A stretch of DNA of 64,000 nucleotides, from positions 960,001 to 1,024,000 of the forward strand of contig OY759746.1 of the NCBI GenBank assembly GCA_963662795.1. The letters run 5' to 3'. The DNA is from Spirochaetia bacterium. GTDB lineage: Bacteria; Spirochaetota; Spirochaetia; CADAEX01. Shown piece by piece: positions 51,736-59,934 of the stretch; the first letter of the stretch is position 1, and the number at the start of each line of letters is the position of its first letter. Below the pieces are notes generated by a model that saw only the letters and a program-made list of their open reading frames with translations, did not search any database and was not told where the DNA came from. Both the position numbers and the translations under genes were made by a program.

Positions 51736-51760
51736 TAAAAATGCCCGGCAACAGCCGGGC
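51736..51760 (-). terminator. Intrinsic terminator after antiporter
   Basis: Minus strand GCCCGGC-tgtt-GCCGGGC followed by ATTTTT. Confidence 0.7.
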
Positions 51761-51806
51761 TGAGAATTCATCCGCATTATTTCAGATTAAAGAATTAAGC
51801 GCTTCT

Positions 51807-53468
51807 TCACGCAGCCCGCGAGAGAATCTTTTTCCTGGCAGATTTAAATATTTTCTTTTTATCAATTACACCAAGCCATTTTGATGAATCATTGTCTGAC
51901 AGGACAGGCAGCTGATCGAGATGGAGCTGATCCATGAGAGCAACAGAATCAATTAAAGGGTCTCCGGCAACAGCTGTGTTTTTCATTTTTTTCACAAAAT
52001 CTCCCGCAACAAGCCAGTCCCATGTCGACTGGTCAAGGAAAACTGATTTTATATCCTTAAATGATATAATTCCCAGAAATCGGCTGTCTTTGTCAAGGAC
52101 AGAAACAAAAGTATCATCCGCTTCATTAAAAACATTTACAATATCGCGGATAGTGGCATCAACCTGGACACTTATTGATTTTTCCTCAATACAGTCGATG
52201 ACTTTCCATTCTGAAATTACATCTTCAACTGTAATATTCCGCCCTGCCTCTCCTGCTTTTTTCACTGCAACCTTTACCAGAACCGGTCCTGCAAGCTGTA
52301 CAATCAGCGTTGTTGTTGTTACGCCGAAAACTATTACATCACCAAGTGAGAGTCCGTCTGCAACCATAATATTTCCGAGACTTCCGCTTGCCATAATTGA
52401 AAGACCTATTGCAACCCCGCCCTGTGAAAAAAGGCTCATACCTGTAAACCGTCTCACGACAGGATCAGCATTTGAAAGCCTTGCCCCGATCCATGAGCCC
52501 AGGTATTTTCCGGCGCTTCTCATAAGCACATAAACCGCGATTATCAGCCAGAGCCAGAGAGGCATCGAACTTATATTTATCCTTGCCCCGACCAGGACAA
52601 AAAAGAGTATATAAATCGGTGTTGATATGCCCCTGATATTATCTATTACATCCCTGCTTCTCGCGGGGACCATGTTTACGAGCGCTACCCCCGCGAACAT
52701 GGAGGCAAGTATAATATCGAGATCAAGCAGCACACTCAATCCGATGCAGACCAGGAGCAGCCCAAAGCCAAGAACAAAAATGGTATCCCTGTTTCTCACT
52801 TTTCTTATAAGCACACCTATCAAAACACCGGTGGCAACTCCAAGGCCTATGGAAAAAAACAGGTTTAAGAACACATGTGAAAGTTCGCCGAGAATATCAG
52901 CGCTTCCGCCTGTCAAAATTCTTGAAAGGCTTGTCCCGAGGCCGTAAAGAAACATGGCCAGGGCATCGTCAAGAGCGACTATTGCTATAATAGTTGTTGT
53001 AAGTATTCCGGCGGCCCTGTATTCCCACAGGACATTCATTGTGGCAGCAGGGTCGGTCGCGGAAGCTATCGCTCCGAAAACCATTCCGCCGGCAAGAGCG
53101 AGCGGGACTGATCCGCTTACCTGCCAGAGGCATAACGCCACAGAGACACCTACAAGCAGAAACGCCAGAATTCCCTCTGCAAACAAAATCAGTGAGAACT
53201 GTTTTCCATACTTCCTCATATCTTCAAATTTTATCTCGCTGCCGACAAGGAAACCTATAATGCCAAGTGCGAAATAGTTGAAAGAGACAAGATGGTCAAT
53301 ATGAATCCTGGATATCAGATGAAACCCGCTTTGCCCGATAATAATTCCCGCCAGAATATAGCCGAGAACCTGCGGCATTTTCACTTTTTTAAAAATTAGA
53401 GCGGATATAATCCCGCCGAAAATCGAGAGCCCGAATAAAAACAGCAAACCGGTATCAAGATCAAGCAT
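51807..53468 (-). CDS. Cation:proton antiporter with C-terminal CBS pair
   Basis: ASATDPAAT, VALDD, SQGGVAIGL; C-terminal CBS-like repeats. Confidence 0.9.
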   Translation of the reverse strand: MLDLDTGLLFLFGLSIFGGIISALIFKKVKMPQVLGYILAGIIIGQSGFHLISRIHIDHLVSFNYFALGIIGFLVGSEIKFEDMRKYGKQFSLILFAEGILAFLLVGVSVALCLWQVSGSVPLALAGGMVFGAIASATDPAATMNVLWEYRAAGILTTTIIAIVALDDALAMFLYGLGTSLSRILTGGSADILGELSHVFLNLFFSIGLGVATGVLIGVLIRKVRNRDTIFVLGFGLLLVCIGLSVLLDLDIILASMFAGVALVNMVPARSRDVIDNIRGISTPIYILFFVLVGARINISSMPLWLWLIIAVYVLMRSAGKYLGSWIGARLSNADPVVRRFTGMSLFSQGGVAIGLSIMASGSLGNIMVADGLSLGDVIVFGVTTTTLIVQLAGPVLVKVAVKKAGEAGRNITVEDVISEWKVIDCIEEKSISVQVDATIRDIVNVFNEADDTFVSVLDKDSRFLGIISFKDIKSVFLDQSTWDWLVAGDFVKKMKNTAVAGDPLIDSVALMDQLHLDQLPVLSDNDSSKWLGVIDKKKIFKSARKKILSRAA

Positions 53469-54117
53469 GATTTTCCTCCGTAAGTAAAACTGAAACTATT
53501 TCCTCCTGAGAGCCGGCATCAAGAAGTTTGCCGATAACACCTTCCTTTTTCAGGAATTTTGATACCAGTGAAAGGACCTTGATATACTCGGTATGCTGAT
53601 TTCTCCCTGCAAGGATCATTACAATTATCCTTACCGGCCTGTCATCAATAGCTGCATAATCCCAGACCGGATTTGCCGTTACTCCGACTGCGATATGGAT
53701 GTCCCTGACCCCGTTCAGGCGGCAATGGGGAATAGCTATAGAAAGGCCGATCCCTGTGCTCATTATCTCCTCCCGGTCAAAAATCGCGTTGGCAATTTCG
53801 GCACGGCTGTTTACTCCGGGGATTCCGTCAAACAAATCTATCATTTTGTTAAGTACATCAGCTTTCTTATCTGCATCAATCTTAACAACCCTTGATGATA
53901 CAATCAGGGGCTTCAGCGACTCATAAGTTGAGATATCTTTCTTTATTCTTGGCGAAAGCTTGCTGTTGAGCCAATCTTCAACGTCCGAATACCTGAAACG
54001 CCATGTTGTTCCTATTTTGCCGCCCGGGAGTTCACCCCTGCCGGCCCAGTCTGCAACAGTTCTCTCTGAAACACGGAGAAACTCTGCGACCTCTTCCAAT
54101 GTCATTATTTTTTCCAT
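53461..54117 (-). CDS. Excisionase-type HTH fused to PTS EIIA (PtsN-like)
   Basis: MTLEEVAEFLRVSERTV..W...GELPG.KIG..WRF plus RE.IMSTGIG..IAIPH (phospho-His). Confidence 0.92.
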   Translation of the reverse strand: MEKIMTLEEVAEFLRVSERTVADWAGRGELPGGKIGTTWRFRYSDVEDWLNSKLSPRIKKDISTYESLKPLIVSSRVVKIDADKKADVLNKMIDLFDGIPGVNSRAEIANAIFDREEIMSTGIGLSIAIPHCRLNGVRDIHIAVGVTANPVWDYAAIDDRPVRIIVMILAGRNQHTEYIKVLSLVSKFLKKEGVIGKLLDAGSQEEIVSVLLTEENHA

Positions 54118-54278
54118 AACATTAAAATACCACAAACAACATTAAATTACAAGATATTACGCTATTTTTCTTTAATTATCTCTTATTTTCTTTATACTGC
54201 CTCTAAAGTGTTATTAAGCCTTTTTTTAGCGAAGAATCCACCTCAAAGACATATTATTCCCTGTATAATAAAATTTAC

Positions 54279-54307
54279 CTTTAATCCGTAAATTATACGG
54301 ATTAAAG
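54279..54307. promoter_or_regulatory. Perfect 12-bp inverted repeat (candidate operator)
   Basis: CTTTAATCCGTA-AATTA-TACGGATTAAAG in the divergent HTH-EIIA/tnaA intergenic region. Confidence 0.55.
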
Positions 54308-54357
54308 CAAAAAAGAGTATAAATATAACGTGCTGAATGGAAAGGAAAGAATTTTAT

Positions 54358-54385
54358 TTGCAAAAACAGACATTGGTAGTAGAAT
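54358..54385 (+). promoter_or_regulatory. Sigma70-like promoter for leader-tnaA
   Basis: TTGCAA-N16-TAGAAT immediately upstream of the leader ORF. Confidence 0.5.
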
Positions 54386-54401
54386 AAAACCAAGGTAAGA
54401 T

Positions 54402-54476
54402 ATGATTTACAGATGTATCTTTCTTCATTTCAAGTACACAAAATGTCCCCACCTCTATGTAAAAGACGAGCCGTGA
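54402..54476 (+). CDS. Putative TnaC-like leader peptide (24 aa)
   Basis: [24 protein letters not shown]; AAGGT RBS-like sequence; ends CCG TGA; 64 nt upstream of tnaA. Confidence 0.5.
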   Translation: MIYRCIFLHFKYTKCPHLYVKDEP

Positions 54477-54540
54477 TAAGCCATTCAACTTAATTAATAA
54501 CCAGTTTCCAGATTACACATTAAAAATTAAGGAGAATGAA

Positions 54541-55920
54541 ATGAAAAAAGCAATTCCGGAACCTTTTAAAATCAAAATGGTAGAACGGCTTAATATAATC
54601 CCAAAGGATGAGAGAATCAAAGCATTGAAAAAAGCTGGCTACAACCCGTTTTCACTCAGATCGGAAGATATTTATATCGATCTTCTCACAGACAGCGGCA
54701 CAGGAGCCATGAGTGATTCCCAGTGGGGAGACTTAATGAAAGGGGATGAGTCTTACGCCGGAAGCAGAAGTTTTTACCGCCTTGAGGAAAACGCTAAAAA
54801 AATATTCGGCTATGACTATATAATTCCCACACACCAGGGAAGAGGCGCTGAGCAGATACTTTTCCCGATGGTTTTAAAGGAAAAAGGGAGCCATTTTATA
54901 AGCAACATGCATTTTGATACAACCAAGGCCCATGTTGAGCTGGCAGGCGGCAGGGCAGTCAATGTAATTACCAAAGATGCGCTTGATACGCAGAAATACG
55001 GGGATTTCAAGGGAAACTTTGATATTGAAAAACTCAGCTCGACAATCAGGGAAGTAACTCCCGCGAAAGTTTCAGCGATAATTATTACTATAACATGCAA
55101 TTCGGTCGGAGGGCAGCCTGTTTCAATGGACAACATCAAACAGGTTAAGGCCATCGCAGATAAAAACAAAATACCGGTAATTATTGATGCCGCACGCTAT
55201 GCTGAAAATGCATATTTTATCAAAACAAGGGAAAAAGGGTATGAGAACAAATCAATTGCAGAAATAGTTTTTGAAATGTTTTCCTATTCAGACATGTTCA
55301 CCTTTTCAGCGAAAAAGGACGCCATAGTAAACATCGGAGGACTGCTGGGAATTAAAAAAGATACGGATCTTTATAACAAATGCAGATCCTACCTTGTCCC
55401 GATGGAAGGTTTCCCGACTTACGGAGGACTTGCGGGGCGCGATATGGAAGCGCTTGCCACCGGCCTTCTTGAGGGTATAGATTTCAGATATCTGGAATAC
55501 AGGATTAAACAGGTTGAGTATCTCGGAGACAGGCTCAGGGAGGGCGGCGTTCCCATCCAGTATCCGGCAGGGGGACATGCCATCTTTGTAGACTGCGCCA
55601 AAATGGCGCCCCAGATACCTTATTACGAGTTCCCAGCCCAGGCAATCTGTAACGAGGTTTATATAGAAGGAGGGATAAGGGCGGTCGAGATAGGCTCATT
55701 TCTCCTCGGAAGAGACCCCGATACCCGTGAGAACCTTCAGTCGCCTCTTGAGCTGATGAGACTGACCATACCGAGAAGGGTCTATACAAACAACCACATG
55801 GATTATATTGCAGAGACTGTTATCGAAGTAAGCAAAAGGGCAGGAAAGCTTAAAGGATTCACGTTTGACTATGAACCTAAAGTCCTGAGACATTTTACGG
55901 CAAAACTGAAACCTGTCTGA
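54541..55920 (+). CDS. tnaA: Tryptophanase (tryptophan indole-lyase)
   Basis: [12 protein letters not shown] lysine in SAKKD, and Trpase-diagnostic FDTT, EIG, RHFT (tyrosine phenol-lyase has FTTT, ERG, RFFT). Confidence 0.93.
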   Translation: MKKAIPEPFKIKMVERLNIIPKDERIKALKKAGYNPFSLRSEDIYIDLLTDSGTGAMSDSQWGDLMKGDESYAGSRSFYRLEENAKKIFGYDYIIPTHQGRGAEQILFPMVLKEKGSHFISNMHFDTTKAHVELAGGRAVNVITKDALDTQKYGDFKGNFDIEKLSSTIREVTPAKVSAIIITITCNSVGGQPVSMDNIKQVKAIADKNKIPVIIDAARYAENAYFIKTREKGYENKSIAEIVFEMFSYSDMFTFSAKKDAIVNIGGLLGIKKDTDLYNKCRSYLVPMEGFPTYGGLAGRDMEALATGLLEGIDFRYLEYRIKQVEYLGDRLREGGVPIQYPAGGHAIFVDCAKMAPQIPYYEFPAQAICNEVYIEGGIRAVEIGSFLLGRDPDTRENLQSPLELMRLTIPRRVYTNNHMDYIAETVIEVSKRAGKLKGFTFDYEPKVLRHFTAKLKPV

Positions 55921-55952
55921 CCTGAGACCGGACAGGTTAAACTGCGCCTGAC

Positions 55953-56017
55953 GGGGTTTATTCCGGATGTCAGCTGACGGAAGCTTTCAGCAGCTGTCTG
56001 CTGCCGGGATAAACCCT
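55953..56017 (+). terminator. Long stem-loop downstream of tnaA (terminator or stabiliser)
   Basis: GGGTTTATTCCGG...CCGGGATAAACCC outer stem with inner CAGCTG...CAGCTG pairing, followed by a T-rich tract. Confidence 0.55.
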
Positions 56018-56119
56018 TGATTTTATTTACAGGCTTTTTGATTAGTTTTATCTAATATACTTTTATCCGTCTTTTTTTCCGGTTGAATAAAACCGCCAGG
56101 TAATATAATATCAGCACTG

Positions 56120-56881
56120 ATGAATTCTTTTTTCAGACAGATAGTATTTATTATTTTTCTCTTTGCATTATGGTTTTTCCTTGCTGAATCCGGCATGGTC
56201 AACAGCTATCTGGTACCTTCTCCGGCAAGGGTATTTCAAGCCGGGGTTGAAATGACGGCAAACGGGAAACTGCAGACAAATATCATGATATCAATAATGC
56301 GTGTAATCTACGGGTTCATCATTACAGCGTCAGTTGCCATGCCGCTGGCTTTTATTTTCTATTTATTTCCCCTCCTCTACAGTTATTTCAGCGGTTTTTT
56401 TGCATTTCTCAAAAGCATCCCGCCGCTTGCTACCGTACCGCTTCTTATACTATGGTTTGGCATTGATGAGGCTTCCAAAATAGCACTTATTTTTCTTGCG
56501 AGTTTTTTCCCGGTATTCCTGGACACTTTTAACGGTCTTGCCCAGGTTGATAAAAAAATACTTGAGATGGGAGACACCCTCGAGCTTAGCTACTTTGAAA
56601 AAATTTATTATATTCTGATTCCTGAGGCGCTGCCGTCCATTATCACAGGACTGAGGCTTGGATTTGCGTACTGCTGGAGAGCCCTGATAGGGGCAGAGAT
56701 GATTGCGGCATCATCGGGGCTGGGGTACATGATTCTCGACGCCGAAGAGATGGCGCGTATAGACATTGTATATCTTGGAATTATCTGTATCGGCGTATTC
56801 GGGCTTGTCATAGAGTTTACAATTTTAAGACTGGTCAACAGCGTTTTCCCGTGGATGAACTGCGGGGGTACCCGCAAATGA
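56120..56881 (+). CDS. ABC transporter permease (SsuC/TauC/NitT type)
   Basis: IPPLA..PL.ILWFGI, ALPSIITGLRLG, LIGAEMIA.SSGLGYMI. Confidence 0.93.
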   Translation: MNSFFRQIVFIIFLFALWFFLAESGMVNSYLVPSPARVFQAGVEMTANGKLQTNIMISIMRVIYGFIITASVAMPLAFIFYLFPLLYSYFSGFFAFLKSIPPLATVPLLILWFGIDEASKIALIFLASFFPVFLDTFNGLAQVDKKILEMGDTLELSYFEKIYYILIPEALPSIITGLRLGFAYCWRALIGAEMIAASSGLGYMILDAEEMARIDIVYLGIICIGVFGLVIEFTILRLVNSVFPWMNCGGTRK

Positions 56882-56903
56882 CAATATATGAGGTGATATT
56901 TTA

Positions 56904-57617
56904 ATGCCCCTTGTTAAGCTTGATAATGTAACAAAAATATATGCGATAGAGAATGCTTCTGTTACGGCTCTTGATAATGTTACGCTTTCAATCGAAAGCG
57001 GGTCGTTTATTTCCGTAATAGGGAAAAGCGGGGCAGGCAAGACAACACTGCTCAGCATAATAAACAGAATTGAAAAGCCGGACACCGGAAGCATATCATA
57101 TGAGCGTCCGGTAAAAACAGGAACAATTTTTCAGGAACCCAGGCTGATCAGGACAAAAACTGTGGAGAAAAACCTGAAGCTTGCACTTTGCAGGGAAAAA
57201 GACAAGGTTGAGAAAAAAAGACTGATTGACGAAACTCTGAAAATGACAGGGCTTGAACTTTTCAGAAAGGCATATCCTTTTCAGCTTTCCGGGGGAATGG
57301 CCCAAAGGGTATCATTGGGCCGGGCGTTATGCAGGAAACCGGAGCTGCTTCTCATGGATGAGCCTTTCGGATCACTTGATGCGATAACAAGGAAAAATCT
57401 CCAGCAGGAACTTACCTCAATATACCGCAGCAGGGCTATCACCATTATCTTCATAACCCATGACGTAACTGAAGCGATAATGCTCTCTGAGCGGATTCTT
57501 GTAATGAATAAAGGGCGCATTACAGACAATATCGCTGTCGATCTTCCTCTTGAGAGAAATGAGAATGACAGGGATTTCATCAATATAAGAAAGCATCTTT
57601 ACGAATTGATTATATAA
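56904..57617 (+). CDS. ABC transporter ATP-binding protein (SsuB/TauB type)
   Basis: GKSGAGKT, LSGGMAQRV, MDEPFGSLD. Confidence 0.95.
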   Translation: MPLVKLDNVTKIYAIENASVTALDNVTLSIESGSFISVIGKSGAGKTTLLSIINRIEKPDTGSISYERPVKTGTIFQEPRLIRTKTVEKNLKLALCREKDKVEKKRLIDETLKMTGLELFRKAYPFQLSGGMAQRVSLGRALCRKPELLLMDEPFGSLDAITRKNLQQELTSIYRSRAITIIFITHDVTEAIMLSERILVMNKGRITDNIAVDLPLERNENDRDFINIRKHLYELII

Positions 57618-57636
57618 AAGGAAGGAGAATTAACAA

Positions 57637-58572
57637 ATGAAACGCACAGTATTTTATCTTATTTTTACTTTTTTATTCGGGATTTACCCGTCTTTCAGTC
57701 AGCAGCTGAATGAACTGAATGTGACTTATGTAAAGTCACCGTTTAATCTGCCGTCCATTGTTGTAAAAAACCGTCAATTGCTTGAAAAGGCATTTGCAGA
57801 AAAAGGGGTAAAAGTAAACTATTACGAAATCAACTCCGGCGCAAAACAGGCGGAGGCAATGGCCGCAAAATCCATTGATATAGCAGGGGTGATCAATACC
57901 ACATCTGTTATTATGGCTAACGCAAACGGCAACCATGTCGAGATTGTTTCAGGATACAGCCGGCCGGAAAAAGTATTTGCCCTTGTAGTAGGGAATAAAA
58001 ACATAAATTCCGTCAAAGAGCTTAAAGGGAGGAAAATTGCGGGCCCCAAGGGAACAGTTCTTCATCAGATGCTGGTTTCCGCACTGGAAAAAGAGGGGAT
58101 GACAATTGATAACATTGAATTCCTGCAGATGGATATCCCCAAAGCAGCCGCAGCGCTTCAGGCAGGGCATATTGACGGGGCGCTGCTTGCAGCCGGCACT
58201 GTAATTAACGCGGTTAAAGCCGGGAGCAGGGTTCTTTTTACAGCGGAAGGAAACGTTAATCCGCTTCTTGTTATCGCATCCAGAGACGGGTTTGCGGCGG
58301 ATTACCCTGAATATATCAGGCTTTTTGTAGACGTTCACAGGAAAGCTCTTGAGTGGATAAAGGCCAATTACAGGGAAGCTGTTCAGATGGGAGCGGATGA
58401 ACAGAACATCAGCTTTGAAGATGCCGCGACCCTTTACGAATGGACTGATTTTGATTTTTCATTTACCGAAAATGACAAAGCATCCACTGCTGAAGATATA
58501 TTGTTTCTTGAAAAAAACGGAATGATCAGAAAGAGGATTTCAGCTGATGATTTCATAAATATCACGGGTTAA
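57637..58572 (+). CDS. ABC transporter substrate-binding protein (NrtA/SsuA type)
   Basis: Signal peptide; LKGRKIAGPKGTVLHQ; in operon with the two preceding genes. Confidence 0.9.
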   Translation: MKRTVFYLIFTFLFGIYPSFSQQLNELNVTYVKSPFNLPSIVVKNRQLLEKAFAEKGVKVNYYEINSGAKQAEAMAAKSIDIAGVINTTSVIMANANGNHVEIVSGYSRPEKVFALVVGNKNINSVKELKGRKIAGPKGTVLHQMLVSALEKEGMTIDNIEFLQMDIPKAAAALQAGHIDGALLAAGTVINAVKAGSRVLFTAEGNVNPLLVIASRDGFAADYPEYIRLFVDVHRKALEWIKANYREAVQMGADEQNISFEDAATLYEWTDFDFSFTENDKASTAEDILFLEKNGMIRKRISADDFINITG

Positions 58573-58589
58573 AAATAACAACACTGCTG

Positions 58590-58621
58590 AAAAACCCCGA
58601 CAAATATTGTCGGGGTTTTTT
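58590..58621. terminator. Bidirectional intrinsic terminator
   Basis: AAAAACCCCGACAA-ata-TTGTCGGGGTTTTT between convergent operons. Confidence 0.88.
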
Positions 58622-58707
58622 ATATAAACAGTGAAATATAAATCGTAAAAAACAGCTGTTTATTTAAATTGCCTATAACATCTCTTAACATCTTTCAGGG
58701 CAAAGTT

Positions 58708-59934
58708 TCAGGAAAACTGAAAATCCTTCCACTGCATGTAAATATCCTCAAACGGCTCAAGCGCCCTTGGAAGAAGCCCGTTTGCCCAGCCGAGAAAGAG
58801 TCCGTAATTGGTTACAGGTGTTCCGCTTTTTTTTATCTTTTCAAGCCTGGAGAGCATTGTTGTCCGTGTTATCATGCAGGCCGCGCAGTGTATTATCATC
58901 GAATACTGTGAAAGTTCTTCAGCCTCGGGAAGTATCCGCGTAAACTCAAACTCGGCATCTGGATTTACAAGCTGGCGGAAAAGACGGGGTATTTTTACTG
59001 TACCAATGTCATCAGCCTGCCTGTGGTGGGAACAGGCTTCCATTACAAGGACTTTCGGTTTGCCTTCATGTTTTCTTATTTCTGTAATCCCTTTTATAAA
59101 TTCGGAAAGTTCCCCTTTTTTGCGGGCAAACAGGATCGAGAAAGAGGTAAGCATCTGATCAGGCGGTATATCCGCGGCAGCTTTGTGGAATGCCTGACTG
59201 TCAGTTATCACGAGTTTTGGACGGACGGAAAGGGAATCATAGAATTTTTTCAGTTCCCGCTCTTTGGTCACAAGCGCCGCGCAATCCCTGTCGAGGCAGT
59301 CCCTTATAGTCTCAACCTGGGGCATAATAAGCCTGCCCTTCGGAGCGGCAAGGTCTATGGGAGTAACAAGTACAACAAGATCACCCTCCCTTACCAGACC
59401 TTCAAGAGGTGAAGGCTCAAATGAGGTTTTGCTGCCGAATGAGATAAGTATTTTTTTAAGCTCCGCAATTCCTTTTCCCGATAAATTATCCACCCGGCAT
59501 GAGGTGAACTTTGACGCCCACTCAAGCTTGGAGGCACTGGGCGGATTATCTGCAAAAGTCAGAACGACAAGAAGCAGTCCTTTTCCCGCACGGATAACAT
59601 CGGCCGTTTTTATCTCATCTTCAGAAGGAGTGCGGTCAATTCTGCTGACAATAATATGTATATCCGCGCTTTCGCTTCTCTCAATTGTTTTGCGTATCCT
59701 TTCCCTGCCTATCGATCCCTCATCATCAAGCCCGGCGGTATCTATAACAGTAACCGGCCCGAGCGACTCGAGTTCCATGGCCCGAGCAACCGGATCCGTG
59801 GTAGTTCCCGGCAGTTCCGACACTATGGATATGTCCTTTTCAAAGAGATTGTTCATCAGTGAGGATTTTCCCGCATTACGCAAACCCAGAAGAACTATTC
59901 TCGTCCTAAGGGCGTCAGCTGTTTTTGTCATCAT
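58708..59934 (-). CDS. hydF: [FeFe]-hydrogenase H-cluster maturation GTPase
   Basis: GLRNAGKSS, GTTTDPV, DTAG, APKGRLI.PQV, TDSQ, EACSHH and HCAAC cluster ligands. Confidence 0.95.
   Translation of the reverse strand: MMTKTADALRTRIVLLGLRNAGKSSLMNNLFEKDISIVSELPGTTTDPVARAMELESLGPVTVIDTAGLDDEGSIGRERIRKTIERSESADIHIIVSRIDRTPSEDEIKTADVIRAGKGLLLVVLTFADNPPSASKLEWASKFTSCRVDNLSGKGIAELKKILISFGSKTSFEPSPLEGLVREGDLVVLVTPIDLAAPKGRLIMPQVETIRDCLDRDCAALVTKERELKKFYDSLSVRPKLVITDSQAFHKAAADIPPDQMLTSFSILFARKKGELSEFIKGITEIRKHEGKPKVLVMEACSHHRQADDIGTVKIPRLFRQLVNPDAEFEFTRILPEAEELSQYSMIIHCAACMITRTTMLSRLEKIKKSGTPVTNYGLFLGWANGLLPRALEPFEDIYMQWKDFQFS

Noticed and set aside
53960-54117. Excisionase-like HTH as evidence of a prophage or integrative element
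   Set aside because: It is fused to PTS EIIA; no integrase, att site or phage genes nearby.
54262-54279. TyrR-box-like TGTATA-N6-TTTACC
   Set aside because: Two mismatches in very AT-rich DNA and no TyrR-type regulator in the window; likely chance.
54541-55920. Tyrosine phenol-lyase assignment (tempting given the Tyr in the leader)
   Set aside because: Diagnostic residues (FDTT, SAKKD, EIG, RHFT) are those of tryptophanase, not TPL.
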